Positions 27,787-36,337 of a DNA stretch of 41,128 nt are shown here, one piece after another; positions within the stretch are counted from its first letter, which is position 1; each line of letters opens with the position of its first letter. The notes under the pieces were generated by a model that saw nothing but the letters and a program-made list of their open reading frames with translations, was not told the origin of the DNA and searched no databases. The DNA lies in NCBI GenBank assembly GCA_020722485.1, contig DYKS01000002.1, positions 1 through 41,128 on the forward strand, given 5' to 3'. Origin of the DNA: Candidatus Elulimicrobium sp. Its GTDB lineage: Bacteria; Patescibacteriota; Minisyncoccia; Moranbacterales; UBA9337. The position numbers were made by a program, and so were the translations under genes.

Positions 27787-29208
27787 ATGCTCCCGAAATA
27801 TCTTATCAAAACTTTTGGTTGCCAAATGAATTATAGCGATTCAGAAAGAATTGCCGCTTTTTTAGATTTCTTTGGTTTAAAAGAAGTAAAAGAGAAAAAA
27901 ACTGTTCAATTTTCTACTTCCAATTATTTAAAATCTTCAAAAGCGAAAAATTTAATAATTATTTTCAATACTTGCGGCGTGCGTCAAATGGCGGAAGATC
28001 GCGTGTATGGCCAAGTTCATAATTTGCGCAAAAACAATCCGCAAATCAAAATAATTTTAACCGGCTGTTTAGCACTCCGAGCGGACGTTCAAAAAAGATT
28101 AAAAGAGAAGGTAGATTTATTTTTTCCAATAAATCAACTACAACAACTGGAAAAGTGGCTTATTAAAAATTATCCCGAAATTGAAAATTTAAATTTAAAA
28201 AATTCTGTTTTTAAAAACCAAACTTTATCTCAAGAAAATATCTCTTATCTTTCTATTAAACCCAAATATTTTAATAAATTTTCAGCTTATGTTCCCATTA
28301 TGACCGGCTGTAATAATTTTTGTTCTTATTGTGTCGTTCCTTACGCGCGCGGAAGAGAAATTTCCCGTCCAGCAACGGAAATTTTGAAAGAAATTAAAGA
28401 TTTAATTAGAAAAAAATATCAACATATCATTTTATTGGGACAAAACGTCAATTCTTATACTGATGGAAAAAATAATTTCTCCGCTTTGTTAAAAAAAATA
28501 AACGCATTGCCGGGAAATTTTTGGTTAAGTTTTTTAAGCAATCATCCTAAAAATGTAACTGATGAAATGATTGAGACTGTCGCTAAAAGCGAAAAAGTTT
28601 GCGAATTTTTCCATTTGCCGATTCAGTCCGGCAATGACGAAATTTTAAGAAAAATGAATCGCCACTATACCGCCCAACAATATTTAAACTTAATAAATAA
28701 AATAAAAAAAGCTTATAAAAAATATAAACCGGACAAACTTTTTTCTTTAACCGGCGACATTATTGTCGGTTTTCCCGGAGAAACAAAAAAACAATTTTTA
28801 GATTCGGCGAAAATTATGCGTCAAGTAAAATATGATATGGTTTATTTTGGACAATTTTCTCCTCGCCCCGGCACCGTCGCTTGGAAAATGAAAGACAATG
28901 TCTCTAAAAAAGAAAAAAAACAACGAGAAAAATTTCTCAATGAAATTCTCAAAGAAACCTCTTTAAAAAATAACCAAAAGTACGTCGGAAAAATACTGGA
29001 AGTTTTACTAGAAAAAAAAGAAGGAAATTTTTATTTTGGAAAAACCCGCACAATGAAAAATGTAAAAGTTATAGCAACAAACAAAAAGAATTTAATCGGA
29101 AAAATAATTCTAGTAAAAATAACGCGCGCGCATATTTGGAATTTAGAAGGAAAAATCGTTTCAAAAACTAATAACATTCACCGACAACCAAATGAAAAAA
29201 AAGAATAA
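27787..29208 (+). CDS. miaB: tRNA i6A37 methylthiotransferase MiaB
   Basis: TFGCQMN..DSE, NTC.VR, TGC, radical SAM CNNFCSYC, GQNVNSY, DIIVGFPGE and TRAM domain; adjacent to miaA; start may be 27778. Confidence 0.93.
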   Translation: MLPKYLIKTFGCQMNYSDSERIAAFLDFFGLKEVKEKKTVQFSTSNYLKSSKAKNLIIIFNTCGVRQMAEDRVYGQVHNLRKNNPQIKIILTGCLALRADVQKRLKEKVDLFFPINQLQQLEKWLIKNYPEIENLNLKNSVFKNQTLSQENISYLSIKPKYFNKFSAYVPIMTGCNNFCSYCVVPYARGREISRPATEILKEIKDLIRKKYQHIILLGQNVNSYTDGKNNFSALLKKINALPGNFWLSFLSNHPKNVTDEMIETVAKSEKVCEFFHLPIQSGNDEILRKMNRHYTAQQYLNLINKIKKAYKKYKPDKLFSLTGDIIVGFPGETKKQFLDSAKIMRQVKYDMVYFGQFSPRPGTVAWKMKDNVSKKEKKQREKFLNEILKETSLKNNQKYVGKILEVLLEKKEGNFYFGKTRTMKNVKVIATNKKNLIGKIILVKITRAHIWNLEGKIVSKTNNIHRQPNEKKE

Positions 29209-30187
29209 ACTCAAAGAGCAACCTACTAATAAAATCCTCGTTATTCTAGGACCCACTGCTTCTGGAAAATCGGATTTAGCAATTCAATTAGCGCGCGAAT
29301 TCGAAGGAGAAATCATTTCCGCCGATTCCCGACAAGTATATCGAGGAATGGATATTGGCTCGGGAAAAGTAACGCGCGATTCTTTTTCTCCGCGAATAAA
29401 TTCAGAAACAAAACCGCTTCCCAAAAACAAAAAAATAATTCCTTATTGGAGCGAAGGCATCCCTCATTATCTCATTGACATCGTTAATCCTAAAACAAAA
29501 TATAACGCCGCTAAATTTAAAAAAGACGCCGAAAAAATTATAAAGTATATTCTTTCACGCGGGAAAATTCCCATTATCTGCGGCGGTACTGGTTTCTGGA
29601 TTAAAACCATTGTGGATAATATTTCTTTTCCGAATGTTAAACCAGATTGGAAATTACGCAATCAATTGCGCGACAAAAGCGCCGCTGAATTATTCAAAAA
29701 ATTAAAAGAACTTGATCGCGAACGCGCTAAAACTATTGATCCTAAAAATAAAGTTCGTTTAATTCGCGCTATTGAAATCTGCCAATCAATCGGCAAAGTT
29801 CCTCCTGTTTATCATATTTCAGGCGGCGCGTGTTATCAATTTATTCAAATCGGGATTGATCGACCAAAAGAAGAATTAAATTTAAAAATTAAAAAAAGAT
29901 TAGAAGAAAGATTTAAGCAAGGAATGATTGAAGAAGTAAAAAAATTACACAAAGAAAAGAAAGCGAGTTGGAAAAGGTTGGAAGAGTTTGGATTGGAATA
30001 TCGTTGGATCGCTCGTTTCTTGCAAGAAAAAATATCAGAAAAAGAAATGAAAGAAAATCTTTATCAAGCTATTTGCGCTTACGCTAAACGGCAGAGAACT
30101 TGGTTTAAAAAAGACCAAAGAATAATATGGTTAAAAGATTATTCAGAGATTAAAAAAACGATAAAAAATTTTTTAAAAGAAAAATAA
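29192..30187 (+). CDS. miaA: tRNA dimethylallyltransferase MiaA
   Basis: GPTASGKS, ISADSRQVYRGMDIG, PHYLID, GGTG and YAKRQRTWF motifs. Confidence 0.96.
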   Translation: MKKKNKLKEQPTNKILVILGPTASGKSDLAIQLAREFEGEIISADSRQVYRGMDIGSGKVTRDSFSPRINSETKPLPKNKKIIPYWSEGIPHYLIDIVNPKTKYNAAKFKKDAEKIIKYILSRGKIPIICGGTGFWIKTIVDNISFPNVKPDWKLRNQLRDKSAAELFKKLKELDRERAKTIDPKNKVRLIRAIEICQSIGKVPPVYHISGGACYQFIQIGIDRPKEELNLKIKKRLEERFKQGMIEEVKKLHKEKKASWKRLEEFGLEYRWIARFLQEKISEKEMKENLYQAICAYAKRQRTWFKKDQRIIWLKDYSEIKKTIKNFLKEK

Positions 30188-30290
30188 TATGTGCCGCGCG
30201 TTATACAGCAACATTACTATTTTAAAATTTAAGAAATGAATGAGATTAATTATTAATTATTAAAGGTTTAATATTTAAAAATTGAATCTT

Positions 30291-30415
30291 TGTCATTAAA
30301 GTAGATTCCCGCCAGAGTTTGACCTCGTGAAAACGGGGGCGGAAATGATAGGGAAAACGCAAGAATGACAAATAAAAATAACTAGCCGAAAAGCAAATAA
30401 CGCAATGAAATCTAG
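30291..30415 (-). repeat. MITE-like palindromic repeat, copy 4 (inverted, partial, nested hairpin)
   Basis: GATTCCCGCC-[AGAGTTTGACCTCGTGAAAACGGG]-GGCGGAAATGA...GAATGACAAATAAAAATAACTAGCCGAAAA...GAAATCTAG. Confidence 0.65.
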
Positions 30416-30419
30416 CAAA

Positions 30420-31910
30420 TTATTGAAGCAATTTTTTGAGCATTTTCATCGCTAACTGGGGATTGGCTTTTCCTTGCGTTTCTTTCATAATTTGCCCCAT
30501 CAAAAATTTCAGAGCATTTTCTTTGCCTGCTCGGTAATCCGTCACGGAAGCGGAATTTTTTTCAATAACTTTTTTAGCAATATTCTCCAATTCTCCCTCA
30601 TCGCTTACCTGAATTAAATTTTTGTTTGTGATAATTTGACTGGGATCGCCTCCTTTTTTATACATTTCCGCCAGCACTTGTTGAGCGGCGCTGGAATTGA
30701 TTTTTCCGTCCGCCACAAAACCGATCAGTTCGGCGTAATTTTCTGGAGTAATTTTTATTTCTGTTATTTTCTGTCCATGTTCTACTAAATGTTTTCTCAA
30801 TTCCGTGTTAATGTAATTAGCCGCTAATTTAATTATTTTTTCTTCATCCGCGATAATTTCTCTCGCTTCTTTTTTTTCTTTTAATTCGCTAATCGTTTTT
30901 TCAAAATAATCAGCCAGATCGCGTTCGGAAACCAAAATTTCCACCGCCTCCGGAGTTAGTTTGTATTGTTTTAAAAATCGTTCTTTTTTCGCGTCAGGAA
31001 GTTCAGGAAGTCGCATTTTTAGATCTTCAAAATACGCGTCGGAAAATTCCATAGGAGGAATATCCGGCTCGGGAAAATAACGGTAATCAGCGGCTGTCTC
31101 TTTAACACGTTGAGAAACAGTAATACCGCGATTTAAATCCCAACCGCGAGTTTCTTGAATGACATCCTGACCATTTTCTAAAATTTCTTTTTGCCTTTCA
31201 ATTTCATAATTAATCGCCTTTTCCACAAATTTAAATGAGTTAATATTTTTTATTTCCACTTTAGTTCCGCTTAATCTGTCTTGTCCTTCTTTGTATAAAG
31301 AAACATTGGCTTCGCAGCGCATATTTCCCTTTTCCATATCCGCGTCTGAAATTCCTAGATATCGACAAATTTGCTGTAATTTCTGAGAAAAAATTCGCGC
31401 TTCTTCTCCCGACTCAAAATCAGGTTCGGTAACCAGTTCCATTAGTGGTAAACCGGCACGATTAAAATCCAATAAAGAATAACCCGCTCCTTTGAGATGA
31501 AGAGATTTTCCTGTGTCTTCTTCTAAATGAATTCGAGTAATTCCTATTCGTTTGTTAGCGCGCGCTTCTTTACCTACAGAAATATCTAAATAACCCTTTT
31601 CACATAAAGGTTCATCGTATTGGGAAATTTGATAACCTTTGGGAATGTCGGGATAAAAATAATTTTTGCGATCAAATTTTGATTTTTTACGTAACTGACA
31701 ATTTAAAGCCAATCCTGCCAACTGAACAAATTCCACCGCTTTTCGATTAGGAACCGGTAAAGTGCCGGGATGCCCCATACAAACAGGACAAATATTAACA
31801 TTCGGTTCTTTTTCTAATCCCATTCCGTTCTTGCAATCGCAAAACATCTTGGACTGAGTTTTCAATTCCACATGAATTTCCATTCCAATTGTCGCTTTAT
31901 ATTTGTTCAT
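30420..31910 (-). CDS. gatB: Asp/Glu-tRNA amidotransferase subunit B
   Basis: IGMEIHVEL, FDRKNYFYPD, HLEEDTGK, DFNRAG.PL.E, VEIKNINSF and DYRYFPEPD motifs. Confidence 0.97.
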   Translation of the reverse strand: MNKYKATIGMEIHVELKTQSKMFCDCKNGMGLEKEPNVNICPVCMGHPGTLPVPNRKAVEFVQLAGLALNCQLRKKSKFDRKNYFYPDIPKGYQISQYDEPLCEKGYLDISVGKEARANKRIGITRIHLEEDTGKSLHLKGAGYSLLDFNRAGLPLMELVTEPDFESGEEARIFSQKLQQICRYLGISDADMEKGNMRCEANVSLYKEGQDRLSGTKVEIKNINSFKFVEKAINYEIERQKEILENGQDVIQETRGWDLNRGITVSQRVKETAADYRYFPEPDIPPMEFSDAYFEDLKMRLPELPDAKKERFLKQYKLTPEAVEILVSERDLADYFEKTISELKEKKEAREIIADEEKIIKLAANYINTELRKHLVEHGQKITEIKITPENYAELIGFVADGKINSSAAQQVLAEMYKKGGDPSQIITNKNLIQVSDEGELENIAKKVIEKNSASVTDYRAGKENALKFLMGQIMKETQGKANPQLAMKMLKKLLQ

Positions 31911-31952
31911 AATTTAATGCAACGTAAATACAAAATTATAAATCATTAATAC

Positions 31953-32282
31953 TTATCTTTCGTCTCCACTGCCTCCAATTTTTCCCCGCTCCATTCGACT
32001 GGATAATTTTTCAATATTTTTTTCCGCCACTTTATTTAAATCTAAACCTAGCTCCGTCACTATTTGCGACACATACCATAAAACATCGCCTAATTCTTTT
32101 TCTATTTTTTCTTTTGTTTCTTCATCAATTTTTCCTCCTTTATCTCTAATAACTTTTTTAATTTTTTCCGCCACTTCTCCCGATTCTCCCGCCAATCCCA
32201 AAGTAGGATAAATAAAATTACTTCCGGCATCAGGATAAATAGCCGTCTTTCTTGATTTTTTTTGATATTCGTTAAAATCCAT
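31953..32282 (-). CDS. MazG-like all-alpha NTP pyrophosphohydrolase
   Basis: MDFNEYQ, LGLAGESGEVAE..KK, ELGDVLWY and N..KL..R motifs. Confidence 0.9.
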   Translation of the reverse strand: MDFNEYQKKSRKTAIYPDAGSNFIYPTLGLAGESGEVAEKIKKVIRDKGGKIDEETKEKIEKELGDVLWYVSQIVTELGLDLNKVAEKNIEKLSSRMERGKIGGSGDER

Positions 32283-32301
32283 AAATTTGATAAAACTTTA
32301 A

Positions 32302-32922
32302 TTATTTTATTTTAAAATGAGATTTAATTATCTTTTTCAAATCACTTTGCACTTTTTTAATATTATCTTCTTTCTTCTTTTTTTGGTTAGCGGACACATT
32401 CACCCAATTATATTTTTCCGCCAATAGCTGATTAAAACTGCGACAAATTTGAATTCTTTCCGGATCAATTTCATTGCGGTGATTTTTTTCTATCGCGGTT
32501 AAAAACCTTTCACCGTCCATCAAGATTTCTAGATCGGGTTTAAGTAAATTTTCGTTTATTTTTTCCAAATAATCAAGTTCGCCTCCCCAAACTAGCCCCC
32601 AAGCAATACCAGTGCCAATATAATCTTCCGCCACAATCCATTCTCCTTTCTTCAATCTCTGCAATAAAGTTTTCTCATAACGTTTTCTGTTTTGAGCGTA
32701 TTTTTCTTGAAATTTATGAGTGGATAATTTATTTTTTTTCCTAAATTCAGGATTGCGTAAATATTGATAAATAAACGGACCTTCCGGCGCCAAATCGTAA
32801 ATAGGATATTTCAATTTATGCGCGTCTTTTCCTTGCGATTTTAAATATTTAACTAACAATTCAACCTGAGTTGTTTTTCCTATTCCGTTAATACCGTATA
32901 TAGCAATAAATTTTCCCATCAT
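32302..32922 (-). CDS. tmk: Thymidylate kinase-like protein (divergent)
   Basis: GKFIAIYGINGIGKTTQ P-loop, KYP, NR, EDY in place of DRY, and PDL; directly downstream of thyX. Confidence 0.7.
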   Translation of the reverse strand: MMGKFIAIYGINGIGKTTQVELLVKYLKSQGKDAHKLKYPIYDLAPEGPFIYQYLRNPEFRKKNKLSTHKFQEKYAQNRKRYEKTLLQRLKKGEWIVAEDYIGTGIAWGLVWGGELDYLEKINENLLKPDLEILMDGERFLTAIEKNHRNEIDPERIQICRSFNQLLAEKYNWVNVSANQKKKKEDNIKKVQSDLKKIIKSHFKIK

Positions 32923-32964
32923 AATATTTCTTTATTCAAAATACTTATATACATTATCCAATTG

Positions 32965-34317
32965 TTACTTTTTAATAATAATATCTTGTTCTCCTCTCTG
33001 AACATCAAACCGATTCGGTTCTTCATCTAAATGAAAAATTAGCCCATCTTTAGCAAATAATTTTTTCAAACTCGCGATCATTTTCAAAATCTGTTCAACC
33101 AATGTTGGATGCACGAAACGAGTAGAACGCAATTCCGCCAAATAAACCAACGCTTTCAAATCACCGGCGAAACGGCACGGCACCCGATAACCCATCGCGA
33201 TAAAATATTGTCTCTCTTCTTTAGAAATTTTCATTTTTTTAATTTTTTTCTCTTGCGCTTTGATAAATTCCTCCGCTTCTTTTTTCAACTCGGAAGGAAG
33301 CGCGTTTAGATACCATGGATTAAATCCATGATCCAAAACTAAAAGAGGCATTCTTTGGACAATCGCCCGATGTCTTTGTAAATCGCGAAATGATCCGAAA
33401 TCCAAAAGAAATTCATAAGCAAGTGTTCCACATTCGCCAATCATAGTCGGCAATTCAGTTTTCTTTGGTCGTTTTTCTAATATATCTCTATAATTTACCA
33501 ATAACTTTCTGTTTATATTATCATACAAAAGCTTAAAATTTTTGACTTTTTTATTTTCATAATAATATTTTTTCCGCATCCAATATTCATTGTATTTTTC
33601 CGTTTGAGGAAATCTTTCCTGCCCAAAAGAACTGGAATACATATTTTTAAGCGCCATTTCCGTTTTTTCAGCTATATCGCGAACTTCTTCTAGCGGATGA
33701 TGACGCAAAAGCATCAGCTCATCCGCGAATTGGCGAAAATTCATTCGCCATGCCACATTAGTAGTCGCTCCCGCGGGCAAAAAAGCGCGAGCAATATCAA
33801 ACGCGCGAGCGTTAATCGCTTTTTCGTAAATTTCTTCTTTTTCTTTTTTTTGGCGAGGAAATTGTTTTTTTAAATATTCCCGCAATGGCTTCTGTAAACG
33901 CAAATAAAATTTCCGCCAATTTTCCAAAATTTCTTTACCTTCTTTTGTTCCAGTGGAATCTAAAAATTTTTGCCGAGAAAAATCCACATATCTTGTTGAG
34001 GCTTCTTGTCCGGAATAAAGCCGCCAGTCTTGAATGGCTTTCGCCGCCAACATAGAAATCCCTTCCACAAAAACAGTCGCACTACCGCAATCGCCAATAG
34101 ACTTATGCCCATAACCGACATAAAATCGCTCCATAAAATTTTCGGCGCCTTTTTCTTTTAAAATTTTCAAATGATGTTTAATCCCGCCGGTAGATCGCGA
34201 ATGTAATGCTTGTAGCATTGCTTCCGCTTGCCCGTCAATTTTGGCTTGAGTGTTCAAAACTAAAATAAAACCGCCATTGGATAATTTTTTGATCACGTGA
34301 TTTTTTAGAATATTCAT
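32965..34317 (-). CDS. thyX: FAD-dependent thymidylate synthase ThyX, long tandem-domain form
   Basis: YGHKSI, QEASTRY, FDIARAFLP and HPLEE in the N-half; RDLQRHR and ELRS...HP in the C-half. Confidence 0.88.
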   Translation of the reverse strand: MNILKNHVIKKLSNGGFILVLNTQAKIDGQAEAMLQALHSRSTGGIKHHLKILKEKGAENFMERFYVGYGHKSIGDCGSATVFVEGISMLAAKAIQDWRLYSGQEASTRYVDFSRQKFLDSTGTKEGKEILENWRKFYLRLQKPLREYLKKQFPRQKKEKEEIYEKAINARAFDIARAFLPAGATTNVAWRMNFRQFADELMLLRHHPLEEVRDIAEKTEMALKNMYSSSFGQERFPQTEKYNEYWMRKKYYYENKKVKNFKLLYDNINRKLLVNYRDILEKRPKKTELPTMIGECGTLAYEFLLDFGSFRDLQRHRAIVQRMPLLVLDHGFNPWYLNALPSELKKEAEEFIKAQEKKIKKMKISKEERQYFIAMGYRVPCRFAGDLKALVYLAELRSTRFVHPTLVEQILKMIASLKKLFAKDGLIFHLDEEPNRFDVQRGEQDIIIKK

Positions 34318-34397
34318 AATGCTATAAAAACAAAAAAGACTAAACTTCTTTTATTTTAACACACCAAAAGCAAAACAAAAAACGCGAGAAATCGCGT

Positions 34398-34940
34398 TTA
34401 ATTGATAATTTTATCCACTTGAGCATATAAATCATCCCAATCGCCATTATTATCAATCACTACATCGGCGTGATTTTTCAAATCTTTAATCTGCAGTTCC
34501 GACTCACTTTGATGCTCTCTCTCAAATTCTTCAAAAGTTTTGTTTTTATCATCAGGATTTTCTCTTCGTTTCAAAATCCTCTCATAACGTTTTTTTATAT
34601 CAGCGTCAATATAAATCAGTTTAAACTCCGGAATCTCTCGTAGATATTTAATATCATCCAGTCGGCGCACTCCGTCTATGATAATCAGATTGTTTTGCTC
34701 TTCTTTCACATCTTCCGCCATCACCTTGGCCAGCGCGTCCTCTCCGAAGCTCTCACGCAAAGAAGTGGAAAGATTCTGCATATTTTTCCGACTCTGTTCT
34801 AAGTGCAAGCGATCCAAAATATCACGGAGTATAGTGGAAAACCGGTAAGATGAAGCATTATGTTTCTTTTTTAAATATTCCGCCACCGTTCCTTTTCCGC
34901 TAGCAATTTCTCCAGCGATCCCTAAAATTATTTTCTGCAT
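34398..34940 (-). CDS. P-loop nucleotide kinase (CoaE/NMP-kinase-like), paralog B
   Basis: ILGIAGEIASGKGT, IIDGVR, RYERI..R and ADVVIDNNG motifs. Confidence 0.8.
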   Translation of the reverse strand: MQKIILGIAGEIASGKGTVAEYLKKKHNASSYRFSTILRDILDRLHLEQSRKNMQNLSTSLRESFGEDALAKVMAEDVKEEQNNLIIIDGVRRLDDIKYLREIPEFKLIYIDADIKKRYERILKRRENPDDKNKTFEEFEREHQSESELQIKDLKNHADVVIDNNGDWDDLYAQVDKIIN

Positions 34941-34949
34941 ATATAAAAA

Positions 34950-35483
34950 CTATTTTTTAACCGTTTTAACTCCATATTGTTCCATATCATCAATCAAATC
35001 ATTTTCTCGCCAATCATTTATCCATTCAGAAACATCATATTCCTTAAGCGAACCATCAGCTTGATTGGCAATAACTTTTTCAATTCCGGAATTAATTATC
35101 ATTTTTTTGCAAATAAAACATGGCAACGCGTTGATTATTTGAGATTTTCCGGAATCATCCAGTTTTTCTGAATAAAGATACATAGTGCCTCCCAATATGC
35201 TTACCCCTGCTCGCGCCGCGTTAATAATAGCGTTTTGCTCGGAATGAACGCTTCTGCAAAGTTCATATCTTTGTCCTGATGGAATACCCATCTCTCTTCG
35301 CAGACAACTATTTCGTTCAAAACAATCTTTGGTTTTTCTAGGCGCTCCAACATATCCGGTAGAAATTATTTGATCGTCTTTCACTATAATCGCTCCGTGT
35401 CGAGCCCTAAAACAAGCGCTTCTCATAGAAACCTCCCGAGCAATATTCATATAGTGTTTCTGTTTGGAAACTCTCTCTCGCAT
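34950..35483 (-). CDS. dCMP deaminase (Zn-dependent)
   Basis: RSAC....GAIIV, STGY.GAP, HSEQNAI and PCFIC motifs. Confidence 0.88.
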   Translation of the reverse strand: MRERVSKQKHYMNIAREVSMRSACFRARHGAIIVKDDQIISTGYVGAPRKTKDCFERNSCLRREMGIPSGQRYELCRSVHSEQNAIINAARAGVSILGGTMYLYSEKLDDSGKSQIINALPCFICKKMIINSGIEKVIANQADGSLKEYDVSEWINDWRENDLIDDMEQYGVKTVKK

Positions 35484-35527
35484 AAAATTTTTGTCTTAAT
35501 GTTGAAATGTTAACAAATTAAAAATTT

Positions 35528-36085
35528 CTATGTTTTAGTAATTTCTCCCACCACCCGATCCACTTCTGAAAGCAGATAATTCAAATCCTTGTCGTTTTTA
35601 ATTATAAAATCGGCTTTTTGTCCGATTTCTGGCACATATTTTTCCGTTTCCACTTGTTCGGTTTCTTGAAATTTTTCAAAACTCATTTCATCGTCGGTTT
35701 TTTCTCCGCGATTTCGCACTCGTTCCCAACGAAGTTTTTGTGGAACATCCACAAAAATTATATAACTGTCGGTATAAGATTTGATAAAATGAAAATCTTC
35801 CCAAAAACGGATTCCGTTAACCAGCAAGATTCCATTACCATTGTCAATTCTTTTGCGGAGCGCGCGGGAAAGAATATCATCTCCGAAACGATTGCGAAAT
35901 TGTACCGCCAACCATTGCTGATCTTCTTTAGAAAATTTGTCAAAATAAATGGAAAGCGTTTCTTTTAAGGGATCGGCAAAACGCATCAGTTGCGCTTTGT
36001 ATTTTTCTTTAAGATAATTAGCCACCGTATCTTTTCCCGATCCGGTCGCCCCCACCAAACCGATTATTATCCTGTTTTTGGTCAT
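35528..36085 (-). CDS. P-loop nucleotide kinase (CoaE/NMP-kinase-like), paralog A
   Basis: IIGLVGATGSGKDT, FADPLK, VNGIR, RWER...R and ADFIIKND motifs; start moved to MTKNR (36085). Confidence 0.8.
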   Translation of the reverse strand: MTKNRIIIGLVGATGSGKDTVANYLKEKYKAQLMRFADPLKETLSIYFDKFSKEDQQWLAVQFRNRFGDDILSRALRKRIDNGNGILLVNGIRFWEDFHFIKSYTDSYIIFVDVPQKLRWERVRNRGEKTDDEMSFEKFQETEQVETEKYVPEIGQKADFIIKNDKDLNYLLSEVDRVVGEITKT

Positions 36086-36214
36086 TGTTTTGGTTTTTTC
36101 AGCGCGAATTTTACACGGCCGATTTTTTAAAATTTTAAAATTAGCGATAAGAAACAACAACCCTGATTGTATGTTAAAACAAAAACAAAGTCAATGTATT
36201 GTCTAAGTCACTAC

Positions 36215-36337
36215 ATTCAAACATGAAAGCCCCTTTTTCCGCTAAACTAGAGCGTTAATCAATTAACGCTTATGAGTATGCCGAAAATAAAAAAATTACC
36301 TTTCGTGAAAAAGAAAAATTAAAAACTGATTAAGATA
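36215..36337 (+). mobile_element. Second IS30-family left-end relic
   Basis: ATTCAAACATGAAAGCCCCTTTTT matches the reverse complement of 22905-22928 at 23 of 24 bases; ATG follows 63 nt in (62 nt in the other copy); frameshifted ITFREKEKL resembles the HTH start. Confidence 0.55.

Noticed and set aside
4191..30415. Palindromic repeats as a CRISPR array
   Set aside because: Copies are dispersed kilobases apart with no repeat-spacer periodicity and no cas genes
31953..36085. MazG-like protein, deaminase and kinases as an anti-phage nucleotide-depletion system
   Set aside because: Embedding with thyX and a tmk-like gene is explained more simply by dTTP synthesis; a defence role is not excluded but has no support here
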